This document shows, one piece after another, positions 37,001 to 49,439 of a stretch of 64,000 nucleotides of DNA. Under the pieces are notes generated by a model, which did not search any database, was not told where the DNA came from, and saw nothing but the letters and a program-made list of their open reading frames with translations. This DNA comes from Hemiscyllium ocellatum (taxonomy: Eukaryota), in the NCBI RefSeq assembly GCF_020745735.1, contig NC_083422.1:18910001-18974000 (forward strand), in the 5' to 3' direction. Made by a program: the position numbers and the translations under genes. The stretch's first letter is position 1; each line of letters opens with the position of its first letter.

Positions 37001-40000
37001 ACGGTCTCCCCCCGTCCCCACTCACTGTCCCCCCATCCCCATTCACTGTCCACGTGTCCCCACTCACGGTCCACCCCATCCACGCTCACTGTTCCCCCGC
37101 CCCACCCACTCACTCACGGTACCCCTCATCCGCACTCACTGTCCCCCACTGTCCTACCCACGACCCACTCACTGTCCCCCCGTCCCCACTCACTGTCTTC
37201 CCCATTCCCACTCACTGTCCCCTCCGTCCCCATTCTCAGTCCCCCTGTCCCCATTCACTGTCCATCTGTCCCCACTCACGGTTCCCCCCCCCCCGTCCGC
37301 ACTCTCTGTCCCCCATTGTCCCTCCCCCGTCCCCATTGACTGTCCCGCCCGTCCCCACTCACTGTCCCCCAGTCTCCACTGATTTAATCCCTCCGTCCCC
37401 ACTCACTGTCCCCCAGTCTCCACTGATTTAATCCCTCCGTCCCCACTCACTGTCACCCCCGTCCCCACTCACTGTTGACCCTGTCCCCACTCTCAATCCT
37501 CTCATCCCCATTCACTATCCACCTGTCCCCACTCACGGTCGCCCTCATCCCCGCTCACTGTCCCAACCCACATCCGCACTCACGGTCCCTCACTGTCCCC
37601 CACCCCCCGGCCCCACTCACTGTCCCTCCGTCCCCATTCACTGTCCCCCCCCGTCCCCACTCACTGTTCCCCCGTCCCAACTGACTGAACCCCTCCGTCC
37701 CCACTCACTGTCCCCCCGTCCCCACTCACTGTCCCCACCGTCCCCACTCACTGTCCCCCCTGTCCCCACTCACTTTCTCCCCCATTCCCACTCACTGACC
37801 CCCTGTCCCCACTCCCTGTCCACCCTGTCCCCACTCACTTTTCCCCGTTTTCCCCACTCACTGTCCACCTCGTCCCCACTCACGGTCCCCCCCCGTCCCC
37901 ACTCACTGTTCCCCCATCCCCACTGACTGATCTCCTCCGACCCACTCACTGTCCCACCGTCCCCACTCACTGTCCACCCCTGTCCCCACTCACGGTCCTC
38001 CCCAGTCCCCACTCACGGTCCTCCCCAGTCCCCACTCACGGTCCACCCCTGTCCCCACTCACTGTCCACCCCTGTCCCCACTCACTGTCCACCCCTGTCC
38101 CCACTCGCTGTCCACCCCTGTCCCCACTCGCTGTCCCCCCGTCCCCACTCGCTGTCCCCCCGTCCCCACTCGCTGTCCCCCCATTCCCACTCGCTGTCCC
38201 CTCGTCCCCACTCACTGTCCCACCATCCTCACTCACTGTCCCACCATCCCCACTCATTTTCCCCCCCCACGTCCCCACACACTGCGCCCCCCCCCCCGGG
38301 CTCCACTCTCGGTCCCCCCGTCCCCACTCACTGCCCCTCCCCGTCCCCACACACTGCCCCCCCAGCCCCACTCTCGGTCCCTCCGTCCCCACTCACTGTC
38401 CCCTCGTCCCCACACACTGCCACCCACCCCGCGGCCCCACTCTCGGTCCCCCCATCCCCACTCACTGTCCCCCCCATCCCCACTCACTGTCCCCCCCATC
38501 CCCACTCACTGTCCCCCCCATCCCCACTCACTGTCCCCCCTGTCCCCGCGCACTCACGGTACACCCCATCTGCACTCACTGTCCCCACTCACTGTCCGTC
38601 CGTCCCCACTCACGGTCCCCCCATCCCCCTTCGCTGTCCCCCCCCGTCCCCACTCCCTGCCCCCCCATCCCAACTCACTGTCGCCCCCGTCCCCACTCAC
38701 TATCCCTCGTCCCCACTCACTGTACCCCCCGTCCGCACTCGCTACCCCCCACGTCCCAATTCACTTTTTTCCGTCGTCCCCACTCACTGTCCCCCCCGTC
38801 CGCACTCACTGTCCCTCTGTCCCCACTCACTGATCCCCCCCGTCCCCACTCATTCTCCCCCAGTCTGCCCTCACTGTCCCCTCCATCCCCACTGACTGAA
38901 CCCCTCCGTCCCCACTCACAGTCCCCCCGTCCCCACTCACCGTTCCCCCCCCAGTTCCCACTCACTGTCCTCCCTGTCACCACTCACTGTCCCCCCCCGT
39001 ACCCACTCGCTGTCCCCATCGTCCCCACTCACTATCTCCCCGTCCCCACTCACTGTCCCCCCCGTCGCCACTCACTGTCCCCCCCCGTACCCACTCGCTG
39101 TCCCCATCGTCCCCACTCACTATCTCCCCGTCCCCACTCACTGTCCCCCCCCCGACCCCACTCACTATCTCCCCGTCCCCACTCACTGTCCCCCCCCCGA
39201 CCCCACTCACTGTCTCCCTCTCCCCCCCCGTCCTCCCTCACTGTCCACCGTCCCCACTCGCTGTCCCCCCCGTCCCCACTCGCTGTTCCCCCTGTCACCA
39301 CTCGCTGTCCCCCCCCCGTCTCCACTCTCGGTGCCCCCGTCAGCACTCACTGTCCCCCCCCCCCCCTCCCCACTCACGGTTCCCCCCGTCCCACTCACGG
39401 TCCACCCACTCCCCGCTCACTGTCCCCCCCCACTCACTCACGGTCCCCCGTATCCGCACTCACTGTCCCCTACCGTCCTCCCCCCGTCCCCACTCACGGT
39501 CCCCACCCCGGCCCCACTCACTGTCCCCCCCATCCCCACTCACAGTCTCCCCGCCCACGTCCCCACTCACTGTCTCCCCCCCCCCGTCCCCACTCTCAGT
39601 CCCCCCGTCCCCATTCACGGTCCCCCTCATCCCCGCTCACTGTCACCTCCCATCCCCACTCACGGTCCCCCCGTCTGCACTCACTGTCCCCCACTGTCCC
39701 CTCCCCTGTCCCCACTCACTGTTCCCCCTCTCCCCACTCACTGTCCCTCCATCCCCACTCACTGTCCACCTGTCCCCACTCACTGTCCCCCCCATCTGCC
39801 CTCACTGTCCCCTCTGTCCCAACTCACTGTCCCCCCGTCCCCACTCACTGTCCCCCCGTCCCCACTCACTGTCCCCCCGACCCCACTCACTGTCCCCCCC
39901 CGTCCCCACTCACTGTCCCCGTCCCCACTCACTGTCCCCCCCCCATCCCCACTCACTGTCCCCCCGTCCCAACTCACTTTTTCCCGTCGTCCCCACTCAA

Positions 40001-40320
40001 TGTCCCCCCATCCCCACTCACTGTCCCTCCGTCCCCACTCTCAGTCCTCCCGTCCCCACTCACTGTCCCCCTCATCCCCACTCACTGTCCCCCCATCCCA
40101 ACTCACTTTTTCCCGTCGTTCCCACTCATTATCCCCTCGTCCCCACTCAAGGTCCCCCCCACCACGCTCACTTCCCCCCCCCCATCCCCACTCACGGTCA
40201 CCCCCACCCATCCGCACTCACTGTCCCACACTGTCCTCCCCCCGTCCCCACTCACTGTCTCCCCCCCCCGTCCCCACTCACGGTCCCCCCCCATCTGCAC
40301 TTACTGTTACCCCCCCCCCC
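25035..40320. repeat. About 15.3-kb C-rich minisatellite array (core CCCCGTCCCCACTCACTGT, roughly 19-21 bp) in RBP4 intron 5
   Basis: Hundreds of variant copies, extreme C-over-G skew, internal higher-order duplications. Confidence 0.97.
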
Positions 40321-42910
40321 GCCTCTGATACGCCTCTATCAGAACCCCTCTCAACCTTCACTGCTCAAAGGGAAACAAGCCTATTCAATCTTTCCTCTTG
40401 GCTCAGTCCTGGCAGCATCCTGGGAAATCTCCTCTGTACCCTCTCTAGTGCAATCCCATCCCTTCTATCATGTGATCACCAGGACTACATGCAGTACTCC
40501 AGTTCCGACCTTACCAGCATTTTACACAGTTCCAGCATAATTTCCCTGCTCTTACCTTTTGTGCCTTGGCTAATAAAGGCAAGTATTCCCATACCTTCTT
40601 AACCACCTTATCTACCTGCCCTGCTCTCTTCAGTGATCTGTGGGGGATGCGCACACCAAGGTCCCTCTGAGGTTCAGTTTTATCCAGCTCCTACCAATAA
40701 TATTAATCCCTTGTGTTCTTAGCCCTCCCCAAGAGCATGACCTCTCAATTTTCCCTGTTGAATAGTATTTGTCACTGTCCTATCCAGTTGATCAGTCCAT
40801 TTACATCCTCCTGAAGTTTACAAATGTTCTCCCTACTATTTACCACCCTACCATTTTTTGTCATCCACAACTGTCTTGAACATATCTCCTGTGTTTAAGT
40901 CCGAATCATTAACGTACATCACAAACAACAATGGTCCTAGCACCCAGCCCTGTGGAGCCTCATTCGAAATAGACATTGAGTCAGAGAAAGATTCTCTTAC
41001 TGTCACCCTCTGATTCCTGCCTCTCAGATACTTTTGGATCCTACGTTCTATTTTGCCTCAGAACTCTGAACTCTTAACTTTTTGACCAATCTGCTATGTC
41101 GGTCCTTATCAAAAGCCTGTATAGGTCACATCAAATATATTACCCTCATTATCACTCTTGGTTAAATCTTCAAAACATCGATCAGATTTGTCAAACATGA
41201 CCTTCCCTTCACAAATCCTTGCTGGCTACCCCTGATAAATCTGTGTTTCTTCAAGTGCATACATATTCTGTCCCTCAGAATTCTTTCAAATAACTTTTCC
41301 ACTACTGAGGCTAAACTAAGTGGCTTATAATTTCCTAGTCAGTCTAGATCTGAAGCTTTATCGACTTTTAAGGTTACTAAACCCTCTCTGTCTATGGTAA
41401 TTTTTTTCTAATATTTCACAGTCCTTCAACTGAAGTCTTATTCCTGTGTTGTCCTTTTCCATTGTGGAGACTGAAATACAAAGTATTCATTGAGGACTGT
41501 GCCCACGTCTACAGTTCCACACACAGATTACACCCATGGTCTCCAATAGGCCTTAATCTTGCACTCATTGTTCTCTTGTGCTTTAATTTTAAAAAGAAAC
41601 CTTTGAGGTTTTCTTTCTTGTCCCTGCCAATGCTTTCTCATACACTGTCTTTGATTTCTTGATTTCCTTTTCAAGATTTCTTCATAACTTTTTATAATCC
41701 TCTTGAGACTCACCATATTAAGCCCTACCATATGCTTCTCTTTTTTTTCCCTCAATCATATGCTTTTTGTCCCATGACATCAATCATGCCCCCGTTACCC
41801 TCCTGCACTCTAAGGTAACAACCCTAGTCTGTCCAATCTCTCTTCAAAACTGAAACTCTTCAGTCCAGGCAACATCCAGGTAAATCTCTGCACCCTCTCC
41901 AGTGCAATCACTTCCCTCCCACAATGTGCATGACAGAACTCTGCACAATACTCTTGTTGTGGTCTAATCAACATTTAATACAGCACCAGCCTACCCTCCC
42001 TGTTGTCAAACTATGCCTCAATTGATAAAGCCAAGTCCATGCCTTTTTAATTACTTTATGCACCTGTTCTGATACCTTTAATGGCCACCATTACATGCAC
42101 ACCAAAGTCACTCTGATAGTTGGTGCTTCCCCGGGGTCCTATCATTCACCACGTATTCCCTCACTTTGTTTGTTTTGCCCAAGTACATCACCTCTCATTG
42201 TCCGGATTGAATTCCGTGTGCCACTGATCAGCCTATCTGGACAGCCTGCCTATATCCTTTCAAATTTTAAGGCTACCTTCCTTACTATTTACCACCCCAC
42301 CAATTTTCGTCCGAATTTGCTGATCAACTTGCCGACTGACATTCAAGTTGCTATCAATTATATAAACCACAAACAGCAAGGGACCCTTGTGGGACCCCCG
42401 CTGTTGCAAAAACACCTCGCAGCTATCACCCTCTGCTTCCTGCCACTCAGCCAGTTGTGGATCTAATTTGTCAAATTTCCTATAATCCCATAGGCTCTTA
42501 TCCTTTGTAATCAGTTTGCCATGTGGGATCTTAACAATAGCTTAACAAGTTGATTCCTTGATCAATGTTATGCCATCCCCTCCCTGTCCCCAATCTTTCC
42601 TTCTCTACCTTGTTCGAATATTCTGCACGCAGAAATATTGACCTGCTAATTATTCTCCTCTTTTGGCTGAGGTTTGGTCATAACAATGCTATCATATTCC
42701 ATTCTGTGCTCTCAGCTTGTCTGTCTTATTCTCACCCAGTAAAATACATTCCAGTTAGCTTTGTAATATTCTTTCTTATCTAGCCTGTACTGTCCCCAGC
42801 TGGCTCTGACCGGGAGCTGGAGTTGTTTCAGTGGAAGGTACTTCCTCCACACAGGGCCATCCAGAGAGTCTGAGATTTCCCACATAGAGCAGGATTTGCA
42901 AATCACAGAT
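40321..42910 (-). mobile_element. Fragmented old CR1-type LINEs including a 5' ORF1-like remnant
   Basis: Homology to 1050-2080; ORF 42712-42906 begins MICKSCSMWE, a CxxCxMWE motif I associate with shark CR1 ORF1. Confidence 0.65.
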
Positions 42911-44613
42911 GTGGACTCCCTGTGATAGCTTAACTAACCAGAAGACAGAGTCTTTATTTTATGCTTACTCCCACTTAAGTATGAATTGGAAAACATTAAT
43001 CTTGTTTATGTCAGACAAACTACCAGAATCACTTCACTGTCAAGCTAAAATGTCTTTCAGCTGTTCTTATGGTCTTAACTTATATCAATGTCCAGTCACA
43101 AATAATGAGGGAAATACTCACTGTATCCTACCTGCTCTCCAGCAACATTACACTTGGCATCGGTTAAAGCAGTTCCATTGCCAGTCTGCACCTGGGATCT
43201 CTCCCCTCTGCCTGCTGTCACTCCCAAGTCCCACACAGGGGCACCATCCCTGCTTCTGGTATCTCTCCCACCCGCCTCTCTTTCTGCTCCTTTCTGATTC
43301 TGACTCTGCACTCACTGACTCTTTCTCCACCCTCATTCACTTGCACTGTGCTCTCGCTGACTCTCTCCATTCTCACTGACACTTTCCCCACACTCCCTCT
43401 CCTCTCTTGCTGACGCACTGGGTCTTGTTGACTCTCTCCGCTCTCAGTGTTTCTGAGTCTACCTCACTCTCTTCATCTTCACTGTCTCTTACCTTTCCCA
43501 CTCTCACTGGCTGTAAGCTACTGATCCTGCAAATTCTAGTCATTGTCCTTTCAATTACTGTGAGGTCAGTGATAAATCTTGATGTGAATTGTGTTCCATT
43601 GTGAAATATTTGAATATTTCTATGGGGATATTATAGTGTAAAATGTCTCTAGGGATTGTGATACTTCCCTTGACTGCTAGGAGGCACTAGTAGCATTATT
43701 AATGTTCATCTGATCACTGAGCTACAATGGCTTCCTTAAACCCACATTTTACCAAGATCCTTCCAGTCTTCAGTTTGGCATAACACTGTTGATGTTGCTG
43801 TACAACTCTGTCTGGTCACCACCCATTGGATTCTACTGAGCTCCATTCATCAATACTCAGTCATTCTTTGTATAGAGGTAAGTAGGTTTTTTTTTGAATT
43901 GCATTTATTTAATATTTGAGAGAGAGAGCCAACCCCCTGTACCTGAGAGATTGGGCTACCACAGCTGCATTGTGGTTACCTCCAATTGCTCACTACCTCA
44001 CAAATACAACCCACCATTGATACCTTCCTCCTACTACAACCCCTCTACCTTAACCAATCCACCTAAGGCTATGGTTCCTGAAATAACCCCTGGCCTACTT
44101 CCTCTGGATTGACAGCTCCTTTCTTCTAACTCTAGCATTCATTCTGTCCTTTCTGAAAACCCCTAAAGCAACCCCTCTACTCAAGCTTCACCTTAACATC
44201 CATCAGTAGTTTTCTTCTGTCCAGCCTCCCCTGCTCAATGCAACACTGATCTCCTATATGCCCTGTCTTCCAGTCTGGAACCATGTTTTACCTCCTTGCA
44301 GCCCATTAACTGTAAGTCTGGAACTGAGGTTTATACTGCAGTTCACTCAAACCCTGAATCTTCCTTTCACTGGAACATAATTGTTGGAACCTTTCCCATA
44401 CCCAGCACATTCAGGGTATGGGGGCTGTCTCCACCAGGCCCTTCCTTTCATCACCTCAAAGATCCAGAGCTCAAAGCAATAGGGTAGGGAATAAAAATAC
44501 ACAGATGCAAGTATCCTTATCCATCAAACTGCTTTTGTGATCTTCATTGATTTATTAGTGTATTAACTCAGGAGCCTGAAGCTCTGTCGAAGGCGGACAC
44601 TTCGCTTTATAAA

Positions 44614-44897
44614 GTCATAGAGTTACATAGCACGGAAACAGACCCTTGGGTCCAACTCATCCATATCAACCAGACATCCCAAACTAATCAAGTTCCATTT
44701 GCCAGAATTTGGCCTCTAAACCCTTCCTATTCATATACCCATCCAGATGCCTTGTAAATGTTACAATTGTACCAGCCTCCACCACTTCCTCATTCCATAC
44801 ACATGCCACCCTCTGTGTGACAAAGTTGCCCCTTTTAAATTTTTCCCCTCTCACTTCAAAGCAATGCCCTCTAGTTTTGGACTCCCCTACCCTGGGT
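44614..44897 (-). mobile_element. CR1/HER1 3' end fragment
   Basis: Homology to 19262-19560. Confidence 0.8.
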
Positions 44898-45719
44898 TGG
44901 TATTTTGTCACTCGTCTGTAGCTAAGAGTTACAAACTGTCGGTACTCCAGCAATACCGAGGACCCCCACACTTCGCATGTAAAACTGTGTGAGTTTTGTT
45001 TTCAGCACACATCAATGTTATTCTCTCAGTACAACCCCCTGAATCAGAATCTGTTGCCGTTCACACACAGTGGAAAGATTTTGTACATTTCTTTGTTTTT
45101 CCAAATGAATTGTACCAAGCTGACGGAAGAATTTCAAAGGGACAGGAAGAGACCATTCAGCCCCTTGAGCCTAGTGCTCAGCCATTCCATAAGATCATGG
45201 CTGATCTGTGGTCTAACTCCACTTCAACAGTGGAAAAAGATAGGCCTGGCAAGGGAAGGAGGAGGAGGCAAAATGTGCCTAATTCTACAATGGCATGAAA
45301 TATATATATGGGCATGTTAAGTGGTTTTCTTCTGAATTATATATTTTTATGTATTTGTTGTATTACATATAATATCTGATGCAGTAATTCTCAGGCAAAT
45401 AGATAAACAAAGTGGTCACCAAAACTATTTTCAAAACACACTTAACTATAGCCTGATTATTAATTAATTAATTATGTTATTAATATTAATTTATTAATTA
45501 TTGGAAGCTATTCCCTAAGTGCAAATTTTAAAATGTTGGTTTGCACTTCAAATAATTAGGGACTTGCTGATTTGATCCTGTTTCAATGTGGTTATTTTGG
45601 TAATTAATGAAAGCAGCACTAAAATTGAGCAATTACAAATCTGGCACACACTTTTACGTAGGAGACTTCAAATTATGGCATAACATGCACCAAAGTCTGA
45701 CATTTGGGAGCTAAACATA

Positions 45720-45936
45720 CAGTCAGTTCTGCTATAATGCATGTTTCATCAATGCAATTTGACTTTAATGCTATTGAAGAATTTAGACTGTTATACATAG
45801 GACGCAAAATTTCCGTGCCTGTGTTGGCTATCATGTGATGCCGGCCCCATTAGTTTAAATGGTGCGGCTATTACGCGGTTTGCTTATAACGTGATAGCAT
45901 GGGTACGGAACTATCATGTTTTATCAGAACAGGCTG
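45720..45936. mobile_element. Tc1/mariner (Tigger-like) MITE
   Basis: TA|CAGTCAGTTCTGCTATAA ... TTATCAGAACAGGCTG|TA: imperfect terminal inverted repeats with TA duplication; 217 bp. Confidence 0.7.
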
Positions 45937-47674
45937 TATACATCACTGTGATATCTCTTATGGCCAGTCTGGTGAGGTTTAGCTGCTAATTTTGTTTGTG
46001 CCCTTAAGGGTACTGTGTAACCATCTGAAAAATAAGGTCTACGTGGACAAATCCAGCTAATTGTGACAATTTGAAAATTTAAGGTGCAGTTGTCATAATT
46101 TGTAAATTTCAGATTCCAAGTTCTTCCTTGTCTTTATTTTTGATTATTTTGCATGTAAATGTAAATTGTCCTATCTGACACGTAACAACTGGAAGCTGTG
46201 GTGTCATTTTCAAATAGATTAGACGTTGATATAAGGATTCCTCACTTTGATTTGGTCAATATTGTTTTGTTTTGACATCACTAACACAACAGAGAATATC
46301 TAACCAGGCAAAGGTGCAACATTCACTCGTATATTACTCAAAAATGGGTCTCAATGGCATCAGCCACAGTCCTTCTGAAATGTAGCAGACACAATAATCT
46401 TAAAATGCGATAATTAAGTAATGAATTGCTGTCAGCAATTAACTGATTTCATTATGTTGTTTATTCTGACTGTAAGTAAAGAGAAAGAACTTTCTTCAAA
46501 ACATACTGAAAACCTGACAGGGATAAACACACAGGCAGCAAGTACAAAAATAAAACTCACCCAAGCTAATCTCACTCCAGCAATCTAATAACAGCTTCAA
46601 CTAAAACAGTTTCTCTCACTAATTCTACTGGACACTTCAGGAGTTTATTATTGTTAAGTATTCATGCTGGTCTTTTGCTCGTCCTCTTGTTTCTTGTTTT
46701 TTTTCCCTCCCCCCCCTCTCTCTCTCTCTCTCTCTCATTCTGCAATCTCTTTATCTGTGGCCCACATCCTTAAATAATTTTATCCCTAAGACTTGAGTCT
46801 GCATTCTGTTCACCAGCCCAATGTTTCCATTCTCACTGTCAGTTTGTTTAAGAGTAACCTCTGCCAATGGTTTAAATTTTTGTCTCCTTGTGTTTCGACA
46901 TTTCATTTAGGAATGTACTATAGATGTTCAAATATCATCTTATAATGTTTACTTCATTAATGAGAAAGCCCAATAGAACCAAACTCTAGTTTATATCTTT
47001 ATTCAATGGGAAAACTGATTAGCTTGACACTGTTTCCCTTAGAGTTGCTCTTTTTTTTAAAAAAAGGCTAGCGCTTTAATTGAAGAAATGTAGGAATCAA
47101 TTGCTACACATCCTGTCTATAAATAGTCTTTATTTTCTCATTTCTTCTTTTCTAAATTCCTATGACCAGATTTGTCATGGAAATTGATACAGAAATTGTA
47201 AAGCTGTAATTACACCCACTGATGGTGTTGTGAATCTGCCTGTCTTACAGACAAAAGCACAATACTGCAGATGATGGAAATTGGAAATAATGCCAGCAAA
47301 TGTTGGAAGTACAGTATCCAAATAGAGAAAAATGTTCAACATTTCAGAGTGATGAATTGCTGCAAAGCCTTAACATCATTTCTGTCTCTGTCGATGCTCC
47401 CGAACCTGTTGTACATCTCCGACATTTCCTGATGTTGTTCGTGTTGTGGAGAAACTTTTTTCTGCCACCATGATACGGGAATGTTCGCGAGTTGCATTGT
47501 TAAATGTTCCTTGATTTACTATTTTATTTTCTTGCATTTTCTTGGCTTTCAATTATTGTATCTTTAGTTGAAAGGAATATTCGCTCTTAACTGGAAGAAT
47601 CCACTGAAGTCCATGATAGTAGTTACTGACTACATGGTTATAGAATCTGACTGTGTATTTTGCTTCATTTGCAG

Positions 47675-47688
47675 GGCAGTGTCCTTAG
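47675..47688 (+). CDS. RBP4: RBP4 exon 6 coding part (G-Q-C-P-stop)
   Basis: ttttgcttcatttgcag|GG CAG TGT CCT TAG; correct phase, supplies the sixth conserved Cys (human GYC174); total CDS 594 nt = 197 aa; AATAAA 155 nt downstream. Confidence 0.85.
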
Positions 47689-47843
47689 ATTCAGCGGATT
47701 ATTGTCACTTTGGCCAAAGGTTATAGATGTGAACATCTGTCTACAGTACCACATCAGGACCAGCTTTCAGCACCTTGTGAATATATTTTTCCAAAGCTCT
47801 CATTTTAAATACAAATGGATTTCCAGTCATGTATTGCTCTTCC

Positions 47844-47849
47844 AATAAA
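47844..47849 (+). terminator. RBP4 polyadenylation signal
   Basis: AATAAA followed by GT/T-rich downstream sequence (tttgtgt, tttttgttg). Confidence 0.75.
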
Positions 47850-48129
47850 GTTATGCTAAACATTTGTGTATAAATGTTCTTACAGTTTTTGTTGCTAAGA
47901 GTCAATTTTGTGGGTCAGGCCAACTATACAACAACAAACGAACGTGAGTAAAGAGCTCACTCTTTGTGTATTTGTAGTTACGCAATGTGACTATCGGGCT
48001 GGGAGTCCACGTAACCTTCTGTCACCAAGTCATTCTGGGCTCCCACATCTATTGACTAGGAAACTGTCAGATCTGCCATTAATTCGTTTGTATTCATTGT
48101 GCAGCTAAGGTGTCACAAAGAGCAACATA

Positions 48130-48335
48130 ACTGCTGATGCTCAAGATCAGAAATAAAAACTAAATACTAGAGAAACTCCGCAGGTCTGGCAGCATTTGTG
48201 GAGAGAGAAACAAAGTTAACGTTTCATTCTGAGTTAACATTCTGAAGAAGTCTTTGGTCTTGAAAACATTACATTTGTTTCTGTCTCCACAGATGCTGTC
48301 AGACATGTTGAGTTTCTCCAGCATTTTCTGATTTT
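48130..48335. mobile_element. Old palindromic Penelope-derived element (similar copies at 47260-47430 and 61830-61960)
   Basis: agaaactccgcaggtctggcagcatttgtggagagagaaacaa is inverted relative to ttgtttctgtctccacagatgctgtcagacatgttgagtttct. Confidence 0.65.
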
Positions 48336-48511
48336 TTTTTCTTTAATGTCAGATTTAGCAAGGGTACTGAGTAATGTAAAGCACCAAATAAAGTTTTGTA
48401 TCGTCGGGGTCTGGGTGACTTTTATAATGCTAATTTTCCCAACTGAGTCCTCCTTGATCCATTCGTGTATTCTATTCCGTGAAGTTCCTTTTATATATTT
48501 TCTTCGGTCAT

Positions 48512-48925
48512 TTAATTGCAAATGACAGATGGTGCTGCCTGGGACACTTGAGTTCTGACTTTTGGGACTGTACATTCTGGTGCTGCTGTGCCACGGTGTT
48601 TCAAATGGCAGAAACAAAGCATTTGTCGCCACTCACCTTTGAACTGAGTGGCACCGTATAAGATAGGATTCACAGCCGAGTTGGTGAGTGTAAATGTGCA
48701 GATCCAGAAAAACAAGGTGGAGGTTAACAACAGGTCCTTCTTAAAGTTCTGTGCTAGAATCAAGAAGATGACAAGAGATACAGGTGCCCACATGATAAAG
48801 AAGGAAATCATGAGGAGCAGAAGTGTCCGGAAGAGCCAATAATCCTGCCTGGAAACTCGGATTTCTTGTTGGTAAACTGAGCACAGCCTGCTGGCTTGTA
48901 ACCTTTTCCTGGTGGCTTTGGTAAT
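48512..48925 (-). CDS. FFAR4: Free fatty acid receptor 4 (GPR120), exon 3 (ICL3, TM6, TM7, C-tail)
   Basis: cccag|ITKATRKRLQ...EIRVSRQDYWLFRTLLLLMISFFIMWAPV...FFWICTFTLTNSAVNPILY...ICN*; aligns with human ITKASRKRL...IRVSQQDFRLFRTLFLLMVSFFIMWSP. Confidence 0.93.
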   Translation of the reverse strand: MTKATRKRLQASRLCSVYQQEIRVSRQDYWLFRTLLLLMISFFIMWAPVSLVIFLILAQNFKKDLLLTSTLFFWICTFTLTNSAVNPILYGATQFKGEWRQMLCFCHLKHRGTAAPECTVPKVRTQVSQAAPSVICN

Positions 48926-49439
48926 CTGGGTGTAGGAGAGATTATATAATTACACCGTCAAAGGTTTAGCATGAGGTCTTACACCCAACAGGTAGTTACA
49001 AACACCATCCTTATCTTCTCATTCATATAGTGTTACCATCACCTATACTATTATTACAGTTACACTAAGATTACAATGCGCAATCTTGCAAATAAGGTAA
49101 TATTGAACAGTCCCACCTTATTTTCATTTTGCAAATTACATCCACTTTTCTCGGAAGCTCAGTGAGTGCTCTTGGTATCAGAGAAACCAAAGTGCAGAAT
49201 GCAATATCACCACTTTCATGAGGCCTCATTTATATCCCAGTAAGAATTTACCAGTGTGGAATAAACTGACTGAACTTCAATTTGCTGAGGCTGACTGAAG
49301 TCATTGTAAAGGAGCTGGTGCTGTACATAGACATGGTCAGGCCTTCAGGTTGTGTAATGTCTGGCAATTTCCTCCTCTTACCTCCCCTCACTCTATAGCA
49401 AGAGTATCAAGGTCAGGCCTAACCAGGCCTCTGTGCAAC

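Noticed and set aside
25035-40320. CRISPR-like or telomeric array; RAG heptamer-like CACTGT motifs
   Set aside because: No unique spacers, no TTAGGG; GACAGTG lacks the essential first C of CACAGTG and no nonamers are present
24621-40602. Many long Pro/His/Ser/Thr-rich (+) and Gly-rich (-) ORFs up to 510 aa that resemble extensins or mucins
   Set aside because: They are translations of a stop-poor minisatellite, open in several frames at once, inside RBP4 intron 5 with no gene structure
16343-47688. Assignment as purpurin (RBP4-like) rather than RBP4
   Set aside because: It shares YxGKW and NYAITY with purpurin, but [23 protein letters not shown] and the PDE6C/FFAR4 synteny indicate RBP4
48238-48275. 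Additional hammerhead cores (ctgaagaag... here, ctgatgaagag at 61833, ctgatgcaagg at 8692)
   Set aside because: Helix II and/or the GAAA-NUH elements are decayed, so these are unlikely to be functional
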